DNA of 64,000 nt, from contig CDMY01000117.1 of the NCBI GenBank assembly GCA_001179505.1, forward strand, positions 1 to 64,000, in the 5' to 3' direction. A program made the position numbers and the translations under genes. Origin of the DNA: Vitrella brassicaformis CCMP3155 (Eukaryota; Protista; Chromerida). The notes beneath the pieces were generated by a model that had not been told where the DNA came from, did no database searches, and saw only the letters and a list, made by a program, of their open reading frames with translations. This document shows, one piece after another, positions 1 through 12,049 of the stretch. The number at the start of each line of letters is the position of its first letter. The stretch's first letter is position 1.

Positions 1-277
1 GGGAGAGAGTCGGGGAGAATGGTGAAGAGAGGATCTGCCGGGCGGTCAGTCCCGGATAAAGGATTAAGTCAATGCAACGTAAGGTCTGTGGATTTTGTGG
101 AGAGTCCACGTAGGACATGTAGTATGCGTCAGTCCATCCTGTCTGACGTCCTGTCCGCCATGGCCTGTCTCATGGAACGGACAAAGACTCAACAGCCGTC
201 CTGTCTCACAGATCAGTGGATCGTCGGTCTATGAACCCTAGGCCCTAAACCCTGGACCGACTTGCACTTCTGACAAG

Positions 278-854
278 TCCCATCTCCCGTGTCGACTACG
301 CCAACACGCAGCAGCTGCATCTCCACTATGACACCCAGGCGGTCGTCAGCACGTAAGCAGACGGAGAGGGGGGGCGCTTCACTGCAGATGGGCCGTGCAC
401 GGGAAGAAGTGTGTCGCGCATGGATGTGTGTGTGTGTGTGTTGTCTTGCAGGTGCGTTGACTGCCACAACCAGGACTCCTTCACACTCAAGTTCGTCGAC
501 AACAACCGCTCCATCTTCCAGGGCACGCCGACCGCCACCCCGACCGACGTGACGGTGCACTTCCGCGGCTTCAAGATAGCTACCAACGGCTACGTCGGCA
601 TCGACCTCAACAACCTCACCCTCTCTGGTGAGATGACCGGCGAGCAGACCGGCTGGACGACGCTGTACGTGCAGCTCAACGCGAGCACTGCCGCCAACGC
701 CAGCATCACCTTCGAGAGGCGCATCATCCCTGACCGTCCCTACGTGCCGCCCCCGCGCCCACTCGCCGCCGACGGGAACATCTACATCCCCATGCCGCGG
801 CCTCCCAGTGGCATGCCCGGCGACAAGGCCCCGGCCTCCTCTTTCATACCGTGA
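278..854 (+). CDS. 3' exons of an uncharacterised protein (beta-rich domain, Pro-rich tail); the 5' part is unresolved or lies outside the window
   Basis: An exon ending at 352 (donor gtaagc at 353) joins the acceptor ttgcag|452 in frame: ...YANTQQLHLHYDTQAVVST|CVDCHNQDSFTLKFVDNNRSIFQG...SSFIP*. Third positions are strongly C/G. The upstream exon boundary is uncertain. Confidence 0.6.
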
Positions 855-1358
855 GTGACTGACACCCGCAACTCGGCGACTGGTGGATGGATGGATGGAT
901 GATGGGGAGCCTGCTGTGGTTGTTGCCTGCGTGTGGATGGCGGCAAGGAGTGCGTGTTGGTGTGGTGGGTCGGGTGGTTGAGGCCCCCCTGCCGTGTTTT
1001 CCGTTTTTGCACGTGTTGCCTGGACGCCAGGCATGGCCGCATCTATATGAATTGCACGCGTGTGTATTTCTCTGTGTGTGTGTGTGTGTGTGCATACTTA
1101 CAGATGGATTGCATGAATGGCTTTGTACACTGACGTGTCGACGGATGCCTGTGTGCGCGTGCGTGTGCGTGTCGGTGACGGTGTGGTTGGGTGTGTTGTG
1201 TGGTCGGGGGATGGGTGCGCATTGTTCAAAAAACGGTTTTGCGGCCGCCACAAACGTCGTCATGTCGGCGGGTGCGTGTGTGGGGTGCTGGTGTGTTTTG
1301 TTTCCTCATACTGACGTGACACCGGGTACACCTCTAAGACGCACAGGAGGGACCCCTG

Positions 1359-1393
<35 letters not shown>

Positions 1394-2940
1394 ACATACA
1401 TAACACATGCGTGGGTGCGGTGCTGAACGGTGGTGGTGTGACGTGATGTGATCTGGTGCGTGGAGGATGGGTGCATGGGCGGGTCGGTGCGTGGGGTGGA
1501 TACCAGCCAGTCGGGCGGGGGCGAGTGGGTCAGTGAGTCAGTGCTGCTCCGATGGCCTGCCTTGTCACGGTGTGTGTATGTGTGTATGGTATGCATTGCC
1601 GTCACACACCACCCGATGAGTCTGCCTTTCACTTGTCTTTCTCTCTTCTATCTGTGTGCATGGGCATTGTTGTGTTTTGTTATCCCAATGCTGCAGTGGG
1701 GGTCTCTTCTCTACGCCTTTTTCCGCGTCATTGCGTGTATCTATATGTGTTTGTCGGCCACTCACCAGCCGTCTGCCTACCTCAGACCGAGCTGCCGCGA
1801 CATTTTGGAGCAGAGAAACAGACAGAGAGGCAGGTGTGTGTGTGTACATACATAACACAATGGGAGGGGGAGCTATCTATGCGTTAGGACAAATACATGT
1901 GATGCCTGCCTAGGTTGTCATCAAACCAGTGAGTGAATGAACGGCTTTCTGCCCTTGTAAACTGACACAGAGTGAGCGGACGGATGGAGGGGGGGATGAT
2001 GCGTGTGTGGGGGCGGAGGGCAGACGAGGGGAGGGGTTCTGCACGGCTGGTCATTCATTGGGGGGCGCTGATGTGCACATACATGAGACAGACAAGTGAT
2101 GGCGCATCGCATCAAATATCATTGATGGTGGGTGTGGTGGTGTGTTGCGTATGATGGTGGCGACAATCACTGATGCATACGTACAGACTGGTGGATCGAA
2201 TGACATGGCTGAAGGAATGGCTTCGCTCAGGGAATGTCAGTCGGTCATTCAAGCGAAAGAGAACCAGTAGCTCATGTGTGTCACTGCTCCTCGTGGCCGG
2301 GCCACCCACATTCATCGACACACGACACAACGTACCACTCTCCTGCCCTCACCAAAGTCTATGCAACAGACATGTGTGCCATCTAAGGCACACATGTCTG
2401 TTGCCGCAGGCTTTGGTCAGCATAGCAGAGGATGGCACACAAATGTCGCCCGCACACAACCACACACCCGACACACAGCGTCTCATCCATCCGTCCAGGC
2501 ATGGCACTCACACCATTCTGTTCGCCACGCCATTCCCTGTGTTGACTGCTGTGGCTGTCTCGTCACGGCTAGTCATCACCCTCGCCGCCCTGTGTCCATC
2601 ACAAGCACCGTTGAATGGACACATGACGACACCGGCGACGTCCAACCATTCCGAGACCACCACATACACATCACGCAGGGCTTGCTAAATGTCTTTCTGC
2701 CACCCCTCCTCAAGCACCCACTCATCGCGCCGACCAAACGGCACTCATCGGCAGGCACCCCTCCATTCACAAGCAGCAGCCAGAAAGTAAGTAGGCAAGT
2801 GGACTAATTACATGCGATCGATAGACGGACACGCGCTGCGCCTCGTCGTGTCGTCGCAGCGAGAAGGCACGTGGGCGGTGAGAAGAAAGAGATGGGCTTT
2901 AGAGAGAGCGACCGGCACCATTGGATCGTGTGCAGGTCTA

Positions 2941-3388
2941 TCATCCGAGGAAGTTGATGACGGTGAGGAAGAGCACCAGGTTGCACACGAGGTAGTCGGC
3001 GAACGCCCTCTCGGCCGTGATCTTGAACTCCTCAGGATCCATCAGCTGCACTCGCAAACCAACTGACACACACACAACAAACAAAACACACGTGTGCCTT
3101 CCGTCTGTCGTCTTGTCTTTCTTGTGTGCAGCCAACATCCCCCTGGCTGGCTGACTGACTTGTGAGCGTCATGGAGCCGACGCAGCAGATGAAGCCCGAG
3201 AGGAATGAGTTGAAGGGGAAGCTGCCGACGATGAAGCAGTACAGCAGCTGCACCACCGCCGTGTAGCCCAGGAAGATCACCAGCAGGTCCAGCAGCTTCA
3301 CACGGTCCGGCGTCACCTTCTTGTACTGCTGAAACCCGCTCTTCGCTATGTCTGTCAAAGTGCTTACGAACCCACTCAGCGCCTTCAT
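2941..3388 (-). CDS. DAD1: Oligosaccharyltransferase subunit OST2/DAD1; join(3388..3160, 3062..2941)
   Basis: The spliced product contains KLLDLLVIFLGYTAVVQLLYCFIVGSFPFNSFLSGFICCVGSMTLTIGLRVQ...AERAFADYLVCNLVLFLTVINFLG*, with the hallmark GTFPFNSFLSGF-type and ERAFAD motifs. Intron 3159..3063 is GT-AG. Confidence 0.95.
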
Positions 3389-3675
3389 GATGGGAAGAGA
3401 TCCGCTCTCCCGGCCGCTCTCGTCGCTCGAAAAAGTGCGAGCTTTTCAACGGTCCGTACACGGTGTACAGAAGCAGCGCTTTCTTTTCTGATGATTTCAA
3501 GACCACACGGCCTGCGTGCAGCACCCTACTGAATGAACGACACCATCCGGCGGCCTCTGCGCTCCTGAAAGCGGGGCTGCTCACCTCACAGAATACTGAC
3601 TGACCTGGGCTATGCACCCGCTGCAATGAAGATGTCCCCACAAGGCTGGTAGTGCGGTCTCTGCCCCTGCCGTCC

Positions 3676-6129
3676 ATGCCGCGAGAAGCGTCGGCGTCGC
3701 CCTCCCGCCCTCCGGCCGTCACTCCCTCCTGCTCAGGCCACCTTTCGTCCGGCGACATTCAGCTGGAGATCAAGACAGAAGCCGGCCAGCCGTCACCACC
3801 CGCCATGCAGGTGGGCGCTGGCTCTCCCCTTTCTACTGATGATGCCCAAAGCGGCAGCGTTACGAGAGAGGAGGTGGACCGAATGATCGGCAGGAGGCGG
3901 CCGCGGGAGGAAGAGCTCGACGCCCACTCCACACCGACAAACAGGGCCAAGAAGGCGCGGCTCGTGGCCGTCAAGCAGGAGCCGGGGGTAGGGGGGGATG
4001 GTGGGAAGGAGTATGAGCCCTATGAGGCTCCCCCCGCCCTCGCCGTGACCCCCATGGCCAAGCCCCATGACGGCGGCTCGCCCCACCACACATACCCCCT
4101 GTCAAACCAGCTGAGCTTCCCCCTGGACGAGAGGCAAGGAGGTGGGTCGGAGGGGAGCCTGACGAGCCGTGTTGATGTGGATGCTGAGGGCGACAAGGAG
4201 GTGGCGATGGGTCTTGAGGGTCAGGGAGAGGAGGAGGTGTTCGGGAAGGAGCTGGGAGAGAACGTCAACCAGACGACGTTCGGCCGCGTGCAGAGGAAGA
4301 GCCTCGAGGGGGAGCCCTTCAAGAGCGGCTTCAAAGGCGTCAGCTGGAACAGGCGCATGAACGTGAGAAACACTCATTGAGATGAGGCCACACACACGTA
4401 GTGTCTTTTGTTCCTGTGTGGGTATGTCTGATTGATCAGGCTTGGTTGGCATTCTGGAATGAGGACAAAGCTCGGCGATCCAAGTCCTTCCCAACCAAGA
4501 ACCTCGGCATCGAGGTGAGATAGGGAGGAACGGAGGGACGGAGGGACCAACACACAGAAAAGGCCTTCCTCAACACACACACACACATATTTGTGTTTGC
4601 TGTTGCTCACTCAGGGTGCGAGGCAGGCGGCCATCTCGTTCCTGACCCTCAAGCGTCACGAGGAGGACATCCGCCAGGCCACCAAGGCGTGTCTCATCAG
4701 CAGCAGCAGCAGCCACCCCCCACCCCCTCACGAGCCACACCAGGCGCCCGAGAATCTGCTGCAGCTGGCGTCCTCCATCTGGAGCATGCCCACCAGCCCC
4801 TCCATCGTCCCACCCACACCACTCGCCGTCAAGGTCAAGGAGGAGCCTGTCGAGAGAGACGAGGTGCCCGTGACCGTCAAGACAGAGAAGGGCGCCGATG
4901 TGGTCATCAAGCGGGAGGAGAAGGAGGAGGAGGAGGAGGAGGGCAGCGCAGAGGGCAGCGCAGAGGGCAGCGCGAGGCAGCCGGCTGTCATCCAGCCGTC
5001 TTTGACGATCAACGATGACGCGCTCATGGCCCCTGCTGCCGAGTCGGCCATCTGTGCAGCCGCCAGTGATGCAGCAGCCCCACCACCATCACCACCACCT
5101 CCCCCACCATTGGCAGCGGAGAAGGCCAGCGGCGGCACAATGCCGCCGCCTATTCTGTCGATCAGCGGATCTCCCGTGTCGCCCTTCACCCACCCCTCGC
5201 CCCTGCAGCCCTCCCCTGCCCCATCGTTCACGCCCACCGCCAGCATCTACCATCCCGGTACCGTCATTCTGCCTCACAGGCTGACGCTGCCGTCCTTGGC
5301 CTCGCCTGAGGTCAAGCAGGAGGACATCAGGGCTGCCGTTGACCACCATCCGCCATTGCGTCAGCTGCCGGTGCCGGGCGCCCATGCGGGTGGTCTCCTG
5401 CGCTTCCTGACGCAGCACCAACCGATCTCCAGAAGGCATGACGTGGTCCTGTCGACGCCTGCACCGCCCGTGTGCGTGTCCGTCCCCCCGCCCCCCACAC
5501 CCGTCACGACCACCAGCACCAGTCGGCTTCTCTCACAGGTGGTGCAGCAGCACATCCATCTGCAGAGGATGCAGCAGCAGCAGCAGCAGCCGAGGACGCC
5601 TTCCCCCATGCCCCCCCTCTCGTCGGCTGCATCGTCCGGCCGATCGTCAGGCCGCCCTTCGCTTCTGGGATCGCTGGGCCAGCTGCTGCGGCTGGCGAAT
5701 CAGCATAAGGACGAGGGAGGGCCGGGTGGCGGGACGCACCACCACAATGACGGAGACACGACGACCGGTGGCACCCCCGGCAATCAGTCGACGGACAACG
5801 ACGATGCCGAAGAGTTCGACCCCGACACCCTCTTCAAGGACCCCTCCCCTGCACCCGCTGCATCTGCCTCCCCTGGCCGTGACTCTATGGCCTCACTCTC
5901 GCGGCCGCTGGACGCCCTGACGCTCGATGCCACTAGGAGGAACGATCATCAGGCCGGTGGTCACAGCAGCATGTGGAGCGAGGGAGTTGGCGGTCTGCTG
6001 GGCGGTGCCGACATGCATGATGCACCCATGGATTTGGCCGATGGGAGGAGTGGCGAAGGTGCGATGGGGGCGGCGGGCGGTGGCGGTGGGGGGAGTGGGA
6101 GCGGCTGGTGCGACTCGTGGATATATTGA
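3676..6129 (+). CDS. ApiAP2-type transcription factor with a single AP2 domain; join(3676..4362, 4440..4514, 4615..6129)
   Basis: Splicing two GT-AG introns rebuilds the AP2 domain FKGVSWNRRMN|AWLAFWNEDKARRSKSFPTKNLGIE|GARQAAISFLTLKR. The rest is low-complexity P/S/Q-rich sequence. The start ATG at 3676 is inferred. Confidence 0.85.
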
Positions 6130-6790
6130 TGGGCTGTGATTTGACGGTTCGAGAGATCGATGACCGCCTGCCTGCCTGCCGATTTGAGTCATTGTCACCC
6201 ACAGCTTGTGAGTGAGTGAGTGTCATCTATGCTATGCTTGATGCTTCCTACGTTCATACAATACACACGAATGGCTGAGTAAATCGATGCGTGTGCGCGT
6301 GGTGCGTGGTGGGTGGCTGGTGGAAGTGCGCATCAATGAGTGTCGCCCCGCCTCAGAATTGAATGGGTTCAACTAGACAAAGAGAGAGAGGCGGCTGTTT
6401 CGACGCGAAAGTTTGCTGCACGGCCACTGAGTGGAGTGGATTTGTGCTGGTTCGTTGGTTGGTGTGCGTGTTGTGTTGCCTTGCCTTCATGTCGTGTCCG
6501 TCTGTCTGTCTGTCTGTCTGTGGCTGCATTGCATACACTGTTTTTTCCCCATCCCATCAATGCAATGCATTCATTGCCCGTGTACATGGCATGTGTCATG
6601 TATGTGCATGTGTGCGCGGTGCTGTTTTTGATTGATACGATTTTTCCCATTTTCAGTTCAAATCATGTTGGTTGCGTATTCTTTTTCCCCTGTCTTGTCT
6701 GTCTGGGCGATTGATTGGTTTGGGTGGTTGATTGATTGATACGGCGCGGCCTGGCGCGTGGTGTCGGCGGTGGGATGAATGCAGTCAGTG

Positions 6791-6815
6791 CGATGCGATG
6801 CGATGCGATGCGATG
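6791..6815. repeat. (CGATG)5 pentanucleotide microsatellite within a repeat-rich intergenic region (about 6130-8250)
   Basis: cgatgcgatgcgatgcgatgcgatg read directly. The surrounding region has many (CTGT)n, (GT)n and (TGGA)n tracts and no coherent coding signal. Confidence 0.9.
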
Positions 6816-8249
6816 CGTGGGTTGTGGAAGGGAGTGGGTGGTGTGATGCTTTGCTTCCGGTGCAGCTAAGGACTGCTGCCGGTGTGCATGCAAACAAACG
6901 GTGCGTATAGATATTATACATGCCTGTGCAGTGCATACCATACGTCGGTCATAGGAGAGCAGATTGATTGAACCACCTGGATCGGATTGGATAACCAAAA
7001 GCTTTGATGGATGGGATGTAGGTAGGGTTTCTGGCTTGCTTTGGCGCTGGCTGGGCTGCGGGGCTCGAGGAGGCCGGGGAGGGGGGAGGTTGATGGATGG
7101 GTGGGATGATGATGATATATGCGGCGGCCGTGTGCATGGTGTATGGTATGGTGTGTGTGTGTATGGATGGCTCATCTCACCTGTGTCTCACCTACCTCTG
7201 TCTGTCTCTCTAATCTGGTCTGGCTGGCAATTTTCCTGTCCTTTGCTTGCTTGCTGCTGCCCCTCTGCCTGCCTGGTCTGCCTGGTCTGCCTGTCTGTCT
7301 GCTCTCTGTACAGCTGCGTGCCATATTTTCACACAGAACCCCACTGCCTACCTCTTACTCGTCCCCTTCTCTCTCTCTGCGATGCGTGTCTTACCTGCCT
7401 GTCGGTCTGTCTGTCTGTCGACGCGTCGTCAATGCAATGCTTCGCCTTTTGGTATACCTGTCTGTCTAAGATTCGTACACGTCCACCATGCATCACTCGT
7501 CATCGACTCTCCCACCGTCCCGTCAGTATGTGCGCGCGGGCGCGGCGCGGTGGCTGGCTGAGACACATGGAATGTACACTCACACACACACACACATCGA
7601 TATCCATCCATCGCAGGTAGCTAGGTACAGTCAGTACACCCACACCACCATGTGCTTAATTGCTGGAAGTTTGAAATGTATGGATGGCCCCCACAGTTGT
7701 TATGAATGAATGGACACATCACGATGTGCATTGCATTGACACTCGCTGTACAGTCGATCGACACACGCTGGGTAAGGTAACTCTGTGTAGGTGATGTTGG
7801 TTGTATGTGTGCAGTTTGTGTGTGCTGCATGCCAGTGCATGGCTGCCCTTGAGCTAAGCTTGTGTGTGTGTGATTTGATGAAACATGTGTAATAGCTACG
7901 TGCGTGCCCTGTTGATAGCGGTGGGCAAACATAACATGTACAGACTGCCTCGTCTCGCGTGTTAGTTATGTGATGGATTGTCAAGTCAGTCAAGGCGGGA
8001 TGGCGTTTGAAGGATCGAGGCAACGAACACGGAAATGTGTCAGTCAGATGAACATACACACACACATAAAATGCAGGCAGCAGCCACGTGCCCCTCACCC
8101 AGTCAGTCCGCCCCCATCGACAGCATGGCCTGCCTCAAGTTTCTCTTCGTCGGTCTGACGACACACAAAGAGACAGACTGCCTCGCGTGCTATGTGATCG
8201 ATTGTGAGGTCCTTTAAGAGAGAAAGAGCATTCACGCACAAAGATCCAC

Positions 8250-9800
8250 AAACATCTCTCCGGATATAAAATGTAGGCAACGATGTGGCGTCTCCCGCCA
8301 CAGCCACCCATCCACCATCATGAAGCCCCACCTCCAGCACCAACAATGCCCGGGCTGGTTTTGGATGTCAGGACAAGAACACGTCTGCAACTCGAGAATG
8401 GAAGCTACAGTGCTCTCCCTCAATCAATGGCACCGAAGCGCCCGACAACTTATGCTCCCCTCAGACACGCACATACACTAGGTCCGCCTCTATCTCACCC
8501 ACCCTCAACCAAACAAACAACACCCCCCTCTCGTCTCCCCCAACCACAGCCACCCTTGCACCGTCATGAAGCCATGCAGCCTTGCAAGCCCCTCCGGCAC
8601 ATACAACCATTTGCCCCGCACCCATTCCCCTCCCGGCTGGAACTGCGTCTCACACTCCTGCAGCAGTCCGCCCCGCAACTCGATGATGAATGTCGCATCG
8701 GTCCACTCGACCTTGCCGACACACTGGGGCGGTAGTGTGACGCATGGTGAAGTGCGCAGAGTGTGGAGTGTGTGGGGCAGCGATGGGAGGGGGAGGGACG
8801 TCGTCGGTGTCTCTTCGGAACAGCTGCTGGGTCCCTTGTCCTCTCGCGACGCCTTGGCCTTCCTGCTGGTCGCCGTGGCGACCGACTGCTGACACCGGCA
8901 GGTTGCGTCATCGGGTACACAGACTGGTTCTTCATCCGGTGATCAACAAGCCTCTTCGCGTCCTGCACGTTACGCCACGTCACGGCTGGGGTGCGTGATG
9001 GGGTACGATGTGATGCATGTGCTCTTGTCGAAGGATAATGGCAGCTCCTGTGGAGACAAAGAGACGACACCAGTCAATGAGATGCGGTGCTATTGACCCC
9101 GATGGAGGGCTCACCTGGAGTCGCTGCTGGAGTGGGCCGATGATGTCTTCGGTTTTCTTGATGTACTTGAGAGTCTCCTGTTTTCTCGTGGGAATGATTT
9201 CCCATCCGTCGTTTGATATTGTGTGCTGAGGGATAGAGGGAGACACGAGCGGCTGCAACAAAGTGAATGAGAAGAGAATGGTATCGACATACCTGGCCGA
9301 CCCACCCATCCGCCCGTGATTGACGTGGCGCACTGAGGGGTGCCAACACGACAAATACAGCTGAAAAGGAGCCAACACACCGCACAACAAACACAATGTC
9401 AGACGTCTCAGTGCCTGCCTGTGAAGCTGTCTTCCCATGCCTGCCCGTGAGCGTTACGGGTCGCCATTTCCTCACATTCCCATGGTGAGCTCCTCGCGTG
9501 TCATGTCGGGGGCGGGGAGCGGGGTGGGCCATGCTGTCGCATCCTGCCACATACGCACAGAAATACACATAGCGATGCAATCAGCATACCACTCGACATC
9601 AACCTTCCACCGTACGTGTCGGTCGGTCCCCGTATTCTTATCTTGCGCGGCTGAGTGTTCAAAAAGCATAGTGATGCTTATCTCATGTTTGTTTAGTCAA
9701 ACTTGCTCACCGTGGCTCTTGGTTTGCGGCTGTTTTGGCTTCATTTGTGCGTTTCCCCTCGCACCTTAGCTGCATCCCTATGTGTCGCCGAGTCCACACA
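8250..9800 (-). pseudogene. Degenerate exon fragments downstream of the kinase-like pseudogene, including two diverged copies of a GFMxVxGWLW-containing segment
   Basis: Exon-like pieces with GT-AG ends, for example HTISNDGWEIIPTRKQETLKYIKKTEDIIGPLQQRLQ (about 9115-9225) and CVGKVEWTDATFIIELRGGLLQECETQFQPGGEWVRGKWLYVPEGLARLHGFMTVQGWLW (about 8545-8725). A decayed repeat reads ILELQTCS...GFMMVDGWLWRE (about 8295-8405). No continuous reading frame could be built. Confidence 0.45.
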
Positions 9801-9885
9801 TTCTCCACACAGGCAGAGGTGTGCGGGAGAAGGAGGAAGCCAAGATACGGACAGATATAAAATGTAGGCAACAATGCCGCGTCTC

Positions 9886-11328
9886 TCACCGCCTCCCTCC
9901 CTTTCTTGTCAGGGCGTCGAAGAGCTGGCCCTCGAATGTGCAGATTGCGTCCATGATGCCGGCAAGGGGCGGGCGATCACAGGGGAGGGAAGAGAGGCAC
10001 TCGACGGCCAGCTCCTCGATGTCCTTGAAGATGGGGCGGAAGCAGGCCAGCTCGGGGTCGTCTCTCTTGTGCAGGGGCGTGTGGCCTCCCGGCAGGCTGA
10101 TGAAGGAGCCGTCCTCCGCCCTCATCGCCGCCAGCCGCTCAGCCCATCTCAGCGCCCATTTGATGTCTCGCCGGAAGGCGCTCTTCGAAAGGCGCGCCGC
10201 TGAAAGGCTGCTGGCCGCTGGGTCCTCTTGCTCGTCAGCGGCTGCCTCCTGCTGGTCGATGTGTTTGGACAGCTCCTCGTAGCTGTTCCCCGCCACAATG
10301 TTGAGCAGCACGAGCCCCACACCAAACGCAGCCGCCCCCTCGCCCACACGCAGGTACTCCCTGCCGTCGCCGCCGACGTACACGAGCCCCTTCTGCTCCA
10401 GCTGCTGCTTGTAGGCCTCGTAAGCCTGGCGGATCTCGGCAGCCTTGGGGTCGGTGGAGGGGATGCCGAAGCTTTTGTCCCACTTGGCCGACCCTCCTCG
10501 AGACAGGAGCCGAGAAAGAAGGCCAGCTCCGGCGGGGTGGCGAAAGGGGTGTGCTGCGGCTCTTGGCCCCGGGCCTCCCTCTCCTTCTCGTTGAGCACCA
10601 CATGTGCGTCATGGCCATGTTGCCGGCGCTCCTCGTCGCTCTCGGGGCCGCCCTGGGTGTTAGCGATGTCGATGGTGATGACGCATTCATCGAGCGATGG
10701 TTACGTGTATACCCACCTGCGAAGCTCACATCGATCTTGTTGTCATAGCTGCCGCGCTGTTGGCAGTCCTCCCACCTCACTCGATAATCGTCGGCCATCT
10801 TGCCAATCAGGTTAGTAAAGGAGTGGCTCCAACTGTCTTCCACATGCGCCGCAATTGGGGTGAGGGAGGAGCGGCAGGTGGTGCTGGTGCTGCTGTGCGA
10901 CGGACGAGGAGGGGGGAACACCAAGCTGAATGTGGCCGCCTCAGGGCTTCCCAGTTGAGCAACACGTCCTTATTGAGGTTGTCGATGGCGTAGGTGTGGG
11001 CCGACGCGCAGGACATGTGTCCGAGCGTGAAGAGCCCTGCGCTGCGGACGGCCATCGACACCTCGTAGATGGCGTCGGCGGCCTGTTGTCAGGGAAGTTG
11101 TACACGTCGCAATGCGTGCCGCCCTCCCGCGGCACACCAACTGTGGACAAAACACACAGAGAGGACAAATTCCACCACGAATAGGGCCTTCTTCTTATGA
11201 TTCTTTCTGCACACTTACTCTTCAGCCACGGCATGGCAATGAAGGTACACTGCTTTTCAAACTGCACCTCCTCGCCCCTCATCTTCCTGAAGACGGCCGG
11301 CGCTCCGAGGCCCATGACGGTGGCGCAG
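9886..11328 (-). pseudogene. Divergent protein-kinase-fold pseudogene with at least 3 frameshifts
   Basis: Kinase subdomains appear in the correct order across frames: hinge FIAMPWL, helix-E/catalytic loop LIGKMADDYRVRWEDCQQRGSYDNKIDV (DxK), DFG-like VITIDIA, APE-like TPFATPPEL, subdomain IX AAAFGVGLVLLNIVAG and subdomain XI ELAVECLSSLPCDRP. There is a 4-nt deletion at about 10940 relative to the copy at 27635. Confidence 0.7.
10903..11328 (-). repeat. Repeat B (kinase N-lobe/helix exons plus intron), inverted copy of 27240..27670
   Basis: ORFs 10941..11342(-) and 27067..27735(+) are near-identical, from CATVMGLGAPAVFRKMRGEEVQFEK through PTPTPSTTSIRTCC. The shared boundary is ctgcgccaccgtcatggg. 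Confidence 0.95.
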
Positions 11329-11803
11329 CAGGTCCATTGCATATCAAGCAGCGATCTTAAGAGACATCATGATATAAAGTGGAGGCACCGATGGCTGGTG
11401 TGCCTGCCTGTCCACCGGCCAAACCAAAGTCGTCGACGTAGTCAGTGTCATCTGCATCAACGAGACACGCCAAACGACAGGAGCCACGTGTATCCTCTCG
11501 TCTGTAGCAGAGACACACGTACCCATGCGGTGGGTGGGGTGCCTCCTCACAGCCAGTCGCAGCTACCAAGAAGCAGGCCGTCTGGTCCGCTGCCAGTGGA
11601 CTTCCACCATCCCGCCTCCCCTTCCACCCCTCTTGCTCTCTTGCCCCATTCACCATACTGTCGGGGGTGCTGAGGAGGGAGATGGTGAATGCGTGTGAGT
11701 GCAGATGAGTGGCATACTCCCTTCCTGTCTTGTGTGGGCACCCCACCTCGATCCCACAGATCTTGGCGAGTCCCACGAGGTGGCCACATCGGTCCTCGGG
11801 GTC

Positions 11804-11918
11804 GCCTCGTCGGTCGTTGAGCTGCTGGGGCTGCGATGGCAAGCCGTCCGCTCTCCCACCGCACTCACATCCCCAGCAGTCGCCAAGACGTTGGTCGACC
11901 CGCTCACCTGAAGGCGCA
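11804..11918 (-). repeat. Repeat C, inverted copy of 28221..28335
   Basis: tgcgccttcaggtgagcgggtcgaccaacgtc...tcaacgaccgacgaggc is shared. Looser similarity continues to 11759 and 28361. Confidence 0.9.
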
Positions 11919-12049
11919 CAGCAAACACCTTACGCGTATTGCAACAGTGCCATGAATGTTTGTGCATTCATTCACTGGCTGTGTTAACCGTGCAGAGGGG
12001 GCTGCTGGCTGGTCTTTGTGCCAGGAAGGGCAGCTCAGCTTCCTCCGAC

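Noticed and set aside
232-255. Telomere-like aaccctaggccctaaaccct
   Set aside because: Only 2-3 degenerate units, too short to call an interstitial telomere.
900-2900. Many 60-180 aa ORFs and exon-like pieces in repeat-rich DNA (also 6130-8250, 49700-51100 and 54700-56200)
   Set aside because: Translations are dominated by CV/HT/TD dipeptides from (GT)n, (CA)n and (CAGA)n tracts, with no coding bias.
6885-6892. TGCATGCA (known apicomplexan AP2-bound motif) here and near 34924
   Set aside because: Such motifs are expected by chance in TG/CA-rich DNA, and these are not near inferred starts.
8263-9876. GATATAAAATG...ATG read as a TATA box plus start codon on the + strand
   Set aside because: The downstream + ORFs are not codon-biased. 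The motif lies on the antisense of apparent introns of the minus-strand family.
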